A stretch of 62,090 bases of DNA. Origin: an uncultured bacterium. GTDB lineage: Bacteria; SAR324; NAC60-12. The notes below the pieces were generated by a model. That model was given only the letters and a program-made list of their open reading frames with translations, was not told where the DNA came from and did no database searches. The stretch lies in NCBI GenBank assembly GCA_964010765.1, contig CAXGMD010000011.1, positions 1-62,090 of the forward strand, in the 5' to 3' direction. How positions within the stretch are numbered: the stretch's first letter is position 1; each line of letters opens with the position of its first letter. A program made the translations under genes and the position numbers. Shown one piece after another: positions 22,544-32,296 of the stretch.

Positions 22544-22852
22544 TTGATTCATAGAGGTCTATTGAAGGAAGTCACTCATAACATTATATTTTTCATTCTG
22601 GCACTCAGTTTTGCAATAACTGGTATTTCCTGCAGTAACAATGCTGAGCAACCACCAAATATCAACTATGCAAGGTCTCAGTTCAACGCTTGTGACCGCA
22701 TCGGCGATTACAACGAAGTGCGTCAATGCGAAATCAAGATCAATGAGAGCCGCTACCGAAATGCCCAATTACAGACTGTGTTTCAGGAGAAAAAACCTCC
22801 CACTCCAGATCGAAGCAGTGAGCCAGTGATCCTTGCCCCCAATCTTCCCTAG
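22544..22852 (+). CDS. hypothetical exported protein / lipoprotein
   Basis: Hydrophobic N-terminus ending GISC; two more Cys. Possible start at TTG 22562 after GAGG. Confidence 0.6.
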   Translation: MIHRGLLKEVTHNIIFFILALSFAITGISCSNNAEQPPNINYARSQFNACDRIGDYNEVRQCEIKINESRYRNAQLQTVFQEKKPPTPDRSSEPVILAPNLP

Positions 22853-22991
22853 ATTTTTCAAAGCATTACGGGAGTTATATGGCTCTCCAGTATATTTTTG
22901 AAATGAATCTGTAGTACTGTCTCCAGCAAATTATTTCATTTATTCCTGAAAAATTAGGAAAAACCACTTTTATTCAAGAATCGGAGATTTC

Positions 22992-24278
22992 ATGCAAGTC
23001 GAGCTTTCCTTCGGACGTCAGGGATTGTTAGTTGAATTACCAGAAAAAGCCATTCCTCAAATCATTCGCAAACCCAAGTATCTAATACCCGAAGACCCGC
23101 ATGCTCTTGTTCAGCAAGCCCTATCTAAGCCAATCCGCAGCAAGAAGCTCTCTGAAGAAGCGCAGGGCAAAAAAACTGCCTGTATTTTAGTCTGTGACAT
23201 CACTAGACCAGTGCCAAACAAGCTTTTTCTGAAACCCGTTATTGCAGAACTGGAAGCTGGGGGAATCCAAAGAGATAGCATCACGATCTTAATTGCTACA
23301 GGCCTTCATCGTCCAAATCTTGGGGAAGAACTAGAAGAGGTCATTGGCGACCCCTGGGTAACGGAAAACATCCGAATCCTCAATCATGACGCTCGTGATG
23401 AAAGCTCAATTGTTCATCTTGGTAAAACATCAACCCATCAGGTGCCTCTTGGACTGAATCGCCACTTCGTGGAAGCTGATCTCAAGTTAGTAACAGGTTT
23501 GGTGGAACCACACTTCATGGCAGGATACTCAGGCGGCCGAAAGGTCATTGCCCCTGGCATCGCCCATCACGAGACAATCCGCACTTTCCATTCCGCGCGC
23601 TTCATGGAGAGTCCTTATGCTGCCTCTTGCAATCTAGATAGGAATCCGTTGCATGAATCTCAGTTGGAAATCGTTCAGCTGCTCGGAGGGAAAATCCTGG
23701 CAGTGAACACGATCTTGGATGAAGAACGGAACCTGATTCATGTAAACTTTGGTGAAGTAATCGCCAGCCATCAGGAAGCTGTGAATTTTGCCCGAGCCAG
23801 TTGCGAGATCCCTGTTGGTCGGAAATTTAAAACGATTTTAACCAGTTCTGCAGGATACCCCTTAGACAAAACCTATTACCAAACCGTCAAAGGGATGGTC
23901 ACTCCGCTTGATATCCTGGAGCCAGGTGGAACGCTCATAATTGCTTCAGAGTGTGCAGAGGGAATCGGCTCACCAGAATTTCGGGAATCACAGGCCAGAC
24001 TAGTCGAACTCGGCCCAGCAGCATTCCTAGAAACTTTGCTTTCCAAGGATCTCGCAGAAATTGACGAATGGGAAAGCGAGATGCAACTGAAACCTATGCG
24101 TGTGGGCGAAGTTCAATTGTATTGCCCTGGCATGACCAAGGAGGATCAGAAGCTAACTGGAGTAAAAATGATTCAAGATCTTCATCAGGCAATAGCGGAA
24201 GCCATTGAAAGGGTAGGCGACGCAGAAGTTGCCGTCATTCCTGAAGGCCCTTACCTGGTGCCTTTTGCAGCCGCTTAA
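22992..24278 (+). CDS. larA: LarA family nickel-pincer-dependent alpha-hydroxy acid racemase/epimerase
   Basis: DITRP, ATGLHR, NHD, EPHFMAGYSGGRK, GYPLD..YQTVKG, ECAEG. Substrate not determinable. Confidence 0.9.
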   Translation: MQVELSFGRQGLLVELPEKAIPQIIRKPKYLIPEDPHALVQQALSKPIRSKKLSEEAQGKKTACILVCDITRPVPNKLFLKPVIAELEAGGIQRDSITILIATGLHRPNLGEELEEVIGDPWVTENIRILNHDARDESSIVHLGKTSTHQVPLGLNRHFVEADLKLVTGLVEPHFMAGYSGGRKVIAPGIAHHETIRTFHSARFMESPYAASCNLDRNPLHESQLEIVQLLGGKILAVNTILDEERNLIHVNFGEVIASHQEAVNFARASCEIPVGRKFKTILTSSAGYPLDKTYYQTVKGMVTPLDILEPGGTLIIASECAEGIGSPEFRESQARLVELGPAAFLETLLSKDLAEIDEWESEMQLKPMRVGEVQLYCPGMTKEDQKLTGVKMIQDLHQAIAEAIERVGDAEVAVIPEGPYLVPFAAA

Positions 24279-24311
24279 AGTGCTGGGATCCGTGATCTAA
24301 TCTTCAACAGG

Positions 24312-25145
24312 CTACTCCAAGGGTTGACTCAAAAACTTGTTTCGAAGCTTAGAGCTAATGGAGAGCCTGATCACCTCTTTGTTCAAAGCCAAGAGCGTCT
24401 CTCTGGACTGCCCAGAGATTCGACTCTCATTCAGCAGACCCTGCAGACTTGACCAAAGATCTAATTTCAGTTGTTCTAAAGCTATATTCCAGTCTTCGAT
24501 TCCAAGAATGTTTTTATTCTGTGGATTTTCGACAGTCTTTGTCTCCGGATTACAAATTTCGGTGGGGCAATTCTGTATTGTGGGTTCTAAAACCAGAAAT
24601 TGTGAAAACACTCCTACACTATCTTGCTGAAGCTTAGACGAGAGATCAGGGTATGCATCCACCAAAAATTTGATAGCAAACAAGCGTTCTGAACTGTCTG
24701 CATTGGCTAAGTATCTTTTATTTTCAAACACCTCAGTCGTCCCCGACCTGCCAAAAATAAATTCTGAGACTTCAAAGATTGTCTTCAACTTATAGGCTTC
24801 AGACCATTCTTGATGAGTCAGTATCCCTTTAAGCCTAGCCAGACTTCTTTCTTGAATGTAGCCATCATCTGAAACAAAAGTAAACCAGACCAAAGGCTTG
24901 ATCGCTAATTCTTGCTGTTCTGGGATGGCGGACTGGCTCAACTGGCGCAAATGCCCTTCAGCTTTGATTTGATCAACGATCGACCCTTCTTTAGCCAATC
25001 TCATCAGTTCTTCAGTCGCCTCTCGCTGATCTTGGGGGTTCTTACTTGTCGTCAGCACAATATAGCTTCTTAGGCCAGTTGGGGTACATCCCCAAAAAAA
25101 GCTCCAAAGGAGGATTAAGAAAAGTGAATTTTTTAGTGTTTTCAT
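24312..25145 (-). CDS. hypothetical helical lipoprotein
   Basis: ATG 25145 gives MKTLKNSLFLILLWSFFWGC with a lipobox-like FWGC. No family recognised. Confidence 0.7.
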   Translation of the reverse strand: MKTLKNSLFLILLWSFFWGCTPTGLRSYIVLTTSKNPQDQREATEELMRLAKEGSIVDQIKAEGHLRQLSQSAIPEQQELAIKPLVWFTFVSDDGYIQERSLARLKGILTHQEWSEAYKLKTIFEVSEFIFGRSGTTEVFENKRYLANADSSERLFAIKFLVDAYPDLSSKLQQDSVGVFSQFLVLEPTIQNCPTEICNPETKTVENPQNKNILGIEDWNIALEQLKLDLWSSLQGLLNESRISGQSRETLLALNKEVIRLSISSKLRNKFLSQPLE

Positions 25146-25222
25146 AGACGTCCTGTCTCGGAAATAAATAGTTTTCAGCAGAGCAACTGTTGGAAGGAGT
25201 AAGACTAAATTGGTAATTTTTT

Positions 25223-25945
25223 TCAAAGCAATTGTGAGAAAAGCGCAACCACAAATGCTGTCACCAGCCCATTGAGAGCCATGGCAACCGCAGCAAACAC
25301 CCCAGCCACTTCATGCACCTGAAAGGCACGCGCCGTTCCAATTCCGTGGGAAGTAACTCCAACCGCAAAACCACGGGCACGCCAGTCTCGAAAACCAAGA
25401 TGATTCATCAGGGGTGTAACAATGATCGCTCCAAGAATTCCTGTCAATACGACCAATCCAGCGGTTAATGAAGGCAATCCACCAATCTGTTCGGAAATTC
25501 CCATTGCAATTGGAGTGGTCACTGATTTGGGGATCAAAGAACGGATCGCTTCATCAGAGGCACCCATCGCTTGGGCAATAAAAATTGCTGCAAAAATTGC
25601 CGTTGCTGAGCTAGCAATCAGAGCTGCTAGCATAGGAATCGCTGCTCTGCGGACTCTTGGAAAATTTGCCACCAGTGGAATGGCAAGGGAAACTGTCGCT
25701 GGTCCAAGAAGAAAATGAACAAACTGGGCACCTTCAAAGTAAACAGGGTATGGTGTGTCGGTGATCAACAGAATGACTCCCAAAAAACTCGCAGCAATAG
25801 CAACCGGGCTCACAATTGGACTTCGTTTCATTTTTTCAAAACACCAAAATCCCACAAGATAGGCCAACATGGTCAACATCAACCAGAGCAGTGGGGTTGT
25901 GCGGAGATAAGCCCAAATATCCTGCACTTCATTGATTGGGTTCAT
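25223..25945 (-). CDS. lrgB: LrgB family membrane protein
   Basis: LLGPATVSLAIPL, PKSVTTPIAM, SHGIGTARA. Confidence 0.95.
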   Translation of the reverse strand: MNPINEVQDIWAYLRTTPLLWLMLTMLAYLVGFWCFEKMKRSPIVSPVAIAASFLGVILLITDTPYPVYFEGAQFVHFLLGPATVSLAIPLVANFPRVRRAAIPMLAALIASSATAIFAAIFIAQAMGASDEAIRSLIPKSVTTPIAMGISEQIGGLPSLTAGLVVLTGILGAIIVTPLMNHLGFRDWRARGFAVGVTSHGIGTARAFQVHEVAGVFAAVAMALNGLVTAFVVALFSQLL

Positions 25946-26322
25946 GAGCGCAGTTCCTCTCCCTTTGGTAAGGCCCCTGTTACGCGTACCATCACTACAA
26001 AGGTCAGAGCTCCGACGATCAAGGCCAGAACTGTACTGACCACAACTGCGGTCAACAGGATCTTGCCCTCCAAAGCAAGCCGATCCAAATGTTGAACAAT
26101 TCCCACCGCAGCTGGAACAAATAGCAAAGACAGATGGGCAATCAATCCCTGGGCGGTCTCCTTTAGCAACTTGGGTCTGGGAGCATTCATTCCCAGCCAG
26201 CCAATCAGAAAAAGTAATCCTGCAACCGGTCCAGGAATCGGCACTCCTAGCCCCATCACAGCCGCAGTACCCAGGAATTGGAATCCCAATAAAAACGTAA
26301 ACGCCTTGAGAATTTCAGTCAT
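25942..26322 (-). CDS. CidA/LrgA family membrane protein
   Basis: PIPGPVAGL, LSLLFVPAAVG; ATGA overlap with lrgB. Confidence 0.93.
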   Translation of the reverse strand: MTEILKAFTFLLGFQFLGTAAVMGLGVPIPGPVAGLLFLIGWLGMNAPRPKLLKETAQGLIAHLSLLFVPAAVGIVQHLDRLALEGKILLTAVVVSTVLALIVGALTFVVMVRVTGALPKGEELRS

Positions 26323-26528
26323 GGTTTGCTGGGATTCTTCGGACTTATTGATTGCTCTGAGTCAATGTCCTGCTTCTCAAAATCTTGCTTGGTCTGCTGT
26401 TTTTTTAAATTCTCACTGGCAATTCGAACCAGTAACTCGCTTTCGCCATCGTATAGCAGTCCGAAAAGCTTACCGATTTCCGCAGGCATCTTTTGCTTAT
26501 TCATCTTCTCCATTTTGTTCATCTCCAA
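26319..26528 (-). CDS. hypothetical 69-aa protein
   Basis: Its stop overlaps the cidA start (ATGA); start uncertain because of several Met codons. Confidence 0.45.
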   Translation of the reverse strand: MEMNKMEKMNKQKMPAEIGKLFGLLYDGESELLVRIASENLKKQQTKQDFEKQDIDSEQSISPKNPSKP

Positions 26529-26876
26529 TCTGTAATATTTTTCCGAGTCTTTGCTGATTGCAAATCTTGTCAGCCAAAGCTCTTGTTAAAATAATGAATC
26601 CTAGTGGGACTTTTCAAATCCAACACCGAACACCCTATTTTCTAGACTTAACTAAATTCGACTCCTGATCTAGCCAATTGAAAAAAATTCAAAATCCTGT
26701 CTAGAATTGTGATAGTTTGCTGAAAGTTTTCTACTCTATTTGCTTTTTGGATGCATTCAAAATTCATTTCTCATTTTTTGTGAGCCAAATTCATGGATGA
26801 AAAATCACCTAAAACGAAAACGACAAATTAGAATCATTCTGGATGATCACTCTTTCTCATTTAACGAGGAGGTTAC

Positions 26877-28634
26877 ATGCCCAAAAGAATACTAAAATTA
26901 TGGATATCTGCACTCTTGATGTTGAGTTCCACTCAATTGTTTGCGGCAGAGCTATTTTTTGATCGCCAAAATAACAATTGGTCCAAAGCCGGGAATGCAG
27001 TGTCAGAAGAAGCATACCGAGGAGAGATAAAGAATGGAGTTCCACACGGGACCGGTACAGGGACTTTACCTGATGGAACCCTATTTGTGGGGATTTTCAA
27101 AGATGGTAGGCCCGATGGAATGGGAATTTTGAATCTTCCTGATGGGAGTCGATTTGTAGGTCCCGTAAAAAACTACCGAATTTCAGGTGATGGAACCATC
27201 AGATTTCCAAGCGGGAACATGTACGTTGGTCAGTTTAAGAATAGCCAGCCCTGGGGACAAGGAACTCTCGTACAAAGTGATGGCGAAAAATACGAAGGTC
27301 AATTTGTTGAAGGCCGATTTGAGGGTCAAGGGATCTACCAATGGAACGACGGAAGAAAGTACAAAGGAACTTTTCAGAAGGGTCAGCCCAAAGGGGAAGG
27401 TAATTTCCTTTTTCCAGACGGCAGAAGCTATCAAGGTCAGGTCAACAATGAGCAGTTCAACGGGGAGGGGATTCTCAAGTGGCCAGATGGGCGGGAATAC
27501 TCTGGCACCTTTGTGAACGATCAACTTGATGGAATTGGAAGTTACCAATGGCCAGATGGGCGGACCTACTACGGCAATTTCAAGAATAACAAATTAGAAG
27601 GACGTGGTATTTATCGATGGCCGGATGGGAAACGATATGAAGGTGAGCTAAACGATGGTATCCCCCATGGTAGCGGGGCTTTCTTCTTCCCAAATGGTGA
27701 AAAATATGTCGGCGACTTCCGCTATGGCAGAGAGGATGGAGAAGGAAGCTACACTTGGGCTGATGGGAGAAAATACTCTGGTGAATTCCGTAACGGACAA
27801 CTTAACGGCAAAGGATCCTACAGTTGGCCGGACGGTGCCTTATACACAGGTGAATTCCAAAATGGAATCAAACAAGGTAAGGGCGTTTATACTTTCGCTG
27901 ATGGGACCAGATACATAGGTGAGATAAAAGAAAATCAGCCGGATGGGCGTGGAAGTTTCTCATTCAAAAATGGGAAGGAATACACTGGTGATGTTCGTAA
28001 AGGGATCATGCACGGCAATGGAACCCTGATCTTTGGGGATAACCGTAAATTCACAGGATCCTTCAAGGATGGGAAGATTGATGGAGATGGTGTTTTGATT
28101 TGGCCGGATGGGAAAAAATATACGGGGCAGTTCTCAGAGTCTTTACCTGATGGTGCAGGAACCCTGGCTTGGCCGGATGGAAGAATTTATACCGGTGAAT
28201 TCAATAAGGGTGTTGTTGAGGGCAGGGGTCAATTGACATGGTCAAATGGCAAAAAGATCATTGGTAATTTCAAGAAAGGACTGATCAACGGACCAGGTGA
28301 ACTGAACCATGCGGATGGAAGGAAGTATATCGGCAACTTTCAATCTGGAAAAAAACATGGGAAAGGAACTTTCTCATGGCCAGACGGAAGATTGTACATG
28401 GGGGAATTCGTAAAAGACTTCTTTCAAGGTGAGGGAACTTATATCTGGCCCAATAAGGACCGATACCAGGGAAATTTCATCAAAGGGATTCCACAAGGCA
28501 AAGGAACATACATTCATGCTGACGGGATCAAATTCGACGGTGTATTTCGGGATGGCTTACCCTGGAGAGGAGAAGAAATCGACAGCACTGGAAAGCAGAT
28601 CCGACGTTACGCTTTTGGAAGATCTGTAGAATAG
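26877..28634 (+). CDS. secreted MORN-repeat protein
   Basis: SD GGAGG; signal peptide; about 23 tandem 23-aa repeats YxGxFxNGxxxGxGxYxWPDG. Confidence 0.95.
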   Translation: MPKRILKLWISALLMLSSTQLFAAELFFDRQNNNWSKAGNAVSEEAYRGEIKNGVPHGTGTGTLPDGTLFVGIFKDGRPDGMGILNLPDGSRFVGPVKNYRISGDGTIRFPSGNMYVGQFKNSQPWGQGTLVQSDGEKYEGQFVEGRFEGQGIYQWNDGRKYKGTFQKGQPKGEGNFLFPDGRSYQGQVNNEQFNGEGILKWPDGREYSGTFVNDQLDGIGSYQWPDGRTYYGNFKNNKLEGRGIYRWPDGKRYEGELNDGIPHGSGAFFFPNGEKYVGDFRYGREDGEGSYTWADGRKYSGEFRNGQLNGKGSYSWPDGALYTGEFQNGIKQGKGVYTFADGTRYIGEIKENQPDGRGSFSFKNGKEYTGDVRKGIMHGNGTLIFGDNRKFTGSFKDGKIDGDGVLIWPDGKKYTGQFSESLPDGAGTLAWPDGRIYTGEFNKGVVEGRGQLTWSNGKKIIGNFKKGLINGPGELNHADGRKYIGNFQSGKKHGKGTFSWPDGRLYMGEFVKDFFQGEGTYIWPNKDRYQGNFIKGIPQGKGTYIHADGIKFDGVFRDGLPWRGEEIDSTGKQIRRYAFGRSVE

Positions 28635-28655
28635 AACTTTTAAACATGACCAGTC

Positions 28656-28679
28656 AGTCCCGAGCGACACCTCGGGACT
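28656..28679. terminator. stem-loop between convergent genes
   Basis: AGTCCCGAG-CGACAC-CTCGGGACT, 9-bp perfect stem. Confidence 0.65.
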
Positions 28680-28686
28680 CTGGAAA

Positions 28687-28977
28687 CTAGACGCTGAAAC
28701 TCTGCTCGACCTCTAGCTTGGTCCTCAACAGATCTGGTCCAACTGTGATCTGTTGATCCCCCACAAATCCGACGTATTCGATATCATTTTCCTTCATCAC
28801 AGTTCTTACCACCGCAAATACTTCTGCATCATAAGCTTTGCCGCGATAAAGACTCTGATTTTCCTTGCGTAACAATCCCCACTCAAAAGCTTGGGTGCGT
28901 ACCCAGGATAGATGTTCTTGGCGAAGTTGAAGAGCGCTGATTTCTGGTAGGCCGACGGGGACGCGTTGCAGCTTCAT
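28687..28977 (-). CDS. hypothetical protein (96 aa)
   Basis: Strong SD AAGGAG 5 nt before ATG; no family recognised. Confidence 0.7.
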   Translation of the reverse strand: MKLQRVPVGLPEISALQLRQEHLSWVRTQAFEWGLLRKENQSLYRGKAYDAEVFAVVRTVMKENDIEYVGFVGDQQITVGPDLLRTKLEVEQSFSV

Positions 28978-29093
28978 GCTGACTCCTTTTTGTCATCCAT
29001 GAAAGAGAAATGGTGGTCTAGGAAAGGTTGCTCCCAGAGGGAACGCCAACACCATGCTCCTACACAACGCAAAAAGCAAGGACCTAAATCAGC

Positions 29094-32000
29094 TTATGCC
29101 GCTTTTGGAAAATAACTTTCTTCATCCTCAGAATTTTCAGTTTTTCTGCCAACACCAAAGAGTCTTCCCAAGACACTTTTCAAACTATCTTGTAACGAAT
29201 AAAGGATCGGGACAACGATCAACGTGAGCAGAGTAGACACACTGATTCCATAAATCACCGCTAGTGCCATTGGTTTCCAAAAGACTCCACTAGGCACGCC
29301 CAATAGGATAGGATCGGGCCAGCGGAAGAAGTTAATATCCATTCCAAGAGCCATTGGCATCAGACCCAGAATGGTCGTTACAGCAGTCAGTAGCACCGGT
29401 CTGAGTCGGACAGCAGCAGCAGTCACGATCGCATCCAAAGCCGCGAAGCCTTTTTTACGAAGCTGTTGTATAAAATCAACCAAGACGATGGCGTTGTTCA
29501 CAACAATTCCTGCCAGCGAGATCCCTCCAATGCCTGTCATAATTAGGGAGAACGGCCGGTCATGAATGATCAGGCCAACAAGGACCCCTGAAAGTGAAAG
29601 GAAGACAACCAGCATAATGACAAACGGCAACATTACGGAGTTAAACTGTGTCACTAGGATCAGGAAAATGAGCAGGATCGCAGTAAAGAATGCTTTACCC
29701 AAAAACGCCTGTGATTCCTCACGATCCGCGTTTTCACCGGTATATTCGAGAGTAATTCCGTTGGGCAAAGGAAAGTCAGCGAGCTTTTTCTGTACTTGGC
29801 CCAGCAAAACAGGGCCAGGAATTTCACGATTATTTCCAGAAACAGTAATCACCCGCTCACGATCAACATGACGGATGGAGCCAAAAGCAGGACCTGTGGT
29901 TATTTCAGCAATTTCACTTAAAGGAACCAATTGCCTTGAGGGTGTAAAGATATAGAGAGATTCAAGATCCCTAGAGTTACTCCGAAAATTCTCATCCAAC
30001 TGCACGAAAATATCGTATTCGTCACTCCCGTCTCTAAAATTGGAGACCTTACTGCCATTAAATGCTGTTCGTACTGTGGACGCGATCTCTTGAGCCCTTA
30101 GCCCAAGACGAGATGCCTTGTCGCGGTCGATCAAAACCCGAATCTCGGGCCTGCTTCGATCAAAATCATCAGACAAATCAACCAAGCCCGGCAAATTTCT
30201 AATGATTTGCTGGATATCCTGAGCAACTTTCTGCATCAATCCGAGATCAGTTCCGTGGACTTCAATATTGATGGGCTTTCCGCTAGGAGGTCCATTCTTT
30301 TGCTTGGTCAACTCAACCTCCACACCCGTCACATCAAAGAGCTTATCTCTGACATTCTCGATGACCACCGATGGTTTCTCTTTCCAATGCATCCAATCAG
30401 GGAAAGGAACCACAACATGGCTGATATGGGTAGTGGTACCACCTGAATCTCCAGCTCCAAAGCCACGTCGTTGTCCAATATTCGCTACTACTGCTTCCAC
30501 ACTTCCTCCGTATGGACGGACGATCTCTTCCAATTCATTGACGTATTTATCTGAAACCTGAAGTGTAGTCCCAACAGGAGCTTTTATGTTGAGAACAAAT
30601 TCCTGCGGCTCTGAGGGTGGAAAAAATTCCATCCCATTGCGCGGCGCTGATACCGTGGCATATATGAAAATGATGCCAAAAATTCCTCCCAGCGCCGCTA
30701 ATAAAGCTAGAAAGCGAAACCGAATCAGCCCTTTCATGAAACTCAAATATCTTTGAAGAAACTTTGAATTCTGAAGGATAGCTAGTTCGTCTTCACTACT
30801 GCCCAACTTTTTGGCACTGACCTTCATCATCGTCGAGCACAAGACTGGATTAATGAACAGTCCAACAAACAGTGAACAGGAGAGTGTGATAATTAAGGTT
30901 TGCGGGAGATAGGTCATGAATTCACCGATGATCCCCGGCATAAAGATGATCGGTCCGAAGGCAGCTAAGGTCGTTAGGGTTGATGAGGTGATGGGACCTC
31001 CCACTTCCTTGATGCCAATCAAAGCAGCCTCCAAGCGATTTTTTCCACCCTGCATGTGCCTGTAGATGTTTTCCACCACAACAATCGCATTGTCGACCAA
31101 CATGCCTAGGGCTAAAATCAAGCTGAACAACACGATAAAATTCAGGGTGTATCCCATCGCCTGCATGATCCACATGCTCATCAGAAAGGAAAGTGGAATG
31201 GAGACTGCCACAAAGAGGGCGTTGCGTATCCCCATCACCACCAACAGCACAACAAAAACAAGGATGAAGCCCGAGATAATATTATTTTCCAAATCTGAGA
31301 CGAGTTGGGTGACCCATTTTCCGGAATCAGCTAGGATTGTGAAACGAATCTCACCTTGTTGTTCTGCTTCAAACTCTTTTACCAAATCCTGAACTTGCTG
31401 CCGGATCGCTAACAAGTTTTCTCCACTACGCTTGATAACGCTCAAAGAAACAGATTCCTGCCCATCGAGACGAGAGCGATTTGAAAGTTCCTTGAAACCA
31501 AAAACGACTCGACCCAGATCCTTGACCCGAATGGGAACCTGATCCCCAGAAACTGCAACCAAAGCCTCATTGATGGCCATCGGCGTTTCGAATTCACCTG
31601 GAACCCTTACAAGGTATTTCGTGGGCCCCATCTCGATTGTACCACCGGGAATATTCGTGTTTTCGGCAGAAATGGCCCGAGTTACCTGGTTCAGATCCAG
31701 ATTGTGATACTGCAGCTTGTCAGGATTGACATAGACACGAATCTCCCGTTCTACTCCTCCAACTCGACGAACTTCCAAAATCCCTGGAATCGCCTCAATC
31801 TGTTCCTTCAAATCATCTGCAACCTCCGTCAATCTCTGTAATTCCAATGTACTGGACAGGTTGATCAACAACATCGGTTGTTCTGACAGGTTGATCTCGC
31901 TGATCACTGGATCTTCCGCATCGTCTGGAAGTTCTGGAGCGACGGTATCCAGCTTTTCACGAACCTTGGTTCTTGCCTCACTGATTTCGTAGTCTGGATC

Positions 32001-32285
32001 AAACTCCAGGGTAATTGCGGCAATTCCCTCTGACGATGTGGACTCCAGCTTCTTGAGACTTTTGAGATTTTGGAATTCGTTCTCAACCTTGTAAGTAATC
32101 AAGGACTCAACGTCCTGCGGAGATGCTCCGGGAAAAGGGATTGCGACAATTAGAATGGGGACTGTGATGTCTGGACTGGCTTCCCTAGGCAGGCTGCGGT
32201 AGGACTGAAAACCAATCACTGCAGCGATGATAATCAGTACAAAGATCGAGGCGGCGTTACGAATGGCGATGTGACTTGGATACAT
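29094..32285 (-). CDS. RND efflux transporter permease (AcrB/AcrD/AcrF family)
   Basis: GMLVDNAIVVVENI, GIVVNNAIVLVD, RLRPVLLTAVTT; 1063 aa. Confidence 0.96.
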   Translation of the reverse strand: MYPSHIAIRNAASIFVLIIIAAVIGFQSYRSLPREASPDITVPILIVAIPFPGASPQDVESLITYKVENEFQNLKSLKKLESTSSEGIAAITLEFDPDYEISEARTKVREKLDTVAPELPDDAEDPVISEINLSEQPMLLINLSSTLELQRLTEVADDLKEQIEAIPGILEVRRVGGVEREIRVYVNPDKLQYHNLDLNQVTRAISAENTNIPGGTIEMGPTKYLVRVPGEFETPMAINEALVAVSGDQVPIRVKDLGRVVFGFKELSNRSRLDGQESVSLSVIKRSGENLLAIRQQVQDLVKEFEAEQQGEIRFTILADSGKWVTQLVSDLENNIISGFILVFVVLLVVMGIRNALFVAVSIPLSFLMSMWIMQAMGYTLNFIVLFSLILALGMLVDNAIVVVENIYRHMQGGKNRLEAALIGIKEVGGPITSSTLTTLAAFGPIIFMPGIIGEFMTYLPQTLIITLSCSLFVGLFINPVLCSTMMKVSAKKLGSSEDELAILQNSKFLQRYLSFMKGLIRFRFLALLAALGGIFGIIFIYATVSAPRNGMEFFPPSEPQEFVLNIKAPVGTTLQVSDKYVNELEEIVRPYGGSVEAVVANIGQRRGFGAGDSGGTTTHISHVVVPFPDWMHWKEKPSVVIENVRDKLFDVTGVEVELTKQKNGPPSGKPINIEVHGTDLGLMQKVAQDIQQIIRNLPGLVDLSDDFDRSRPEIRVLIDRDKASRLGLRAQEIASTVRTAFNGSKVSNFRDGSDEYDIFVQLDENFRSNSRDLESLYIFTPSRQLVPLSEIAEITTGPAFGSIRHVDRERVITVSGNNREIPGPVLLGQVQKKLADFPLPNGITLEYTGENADREESQAFLGKAFFTAILLIFLILVTQFNSVMLPFVIMLVVFLSLSGVLVGLIIHDRPFSLIMTGIGGISLAGIVVNNAIVLVDFIQQLRKKGFAALDAIVTAAAVRLRPVLLTAVTTILGLMPMALGMDINFFRWPDPILLGVPSGVFWKPMALAVIYGISVSTLLTLIVVPILYSLQDSLKSVLGRLFGVGRKTENSEDEESYFPKAA

Positions 32286-32296
32286 GGAAAAACCGT

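Noticed and set aside
27000..28560. Recurring TGGCC(A/G)GA(T/C)GG at ~69-nt spacing as a possible CRISPR or DNA repeat array
   Set aside because: It encodes the WPDG motif of the MORN repeats; the units are degenerate and no cas genes are present.
29010..29055. ZMP/ZTP or fluoride riboswitch
   Set aside because: Only partial TGGCG...GGGAGC similarity; the pseudoknot partner and other conserved nucleotides are missing.
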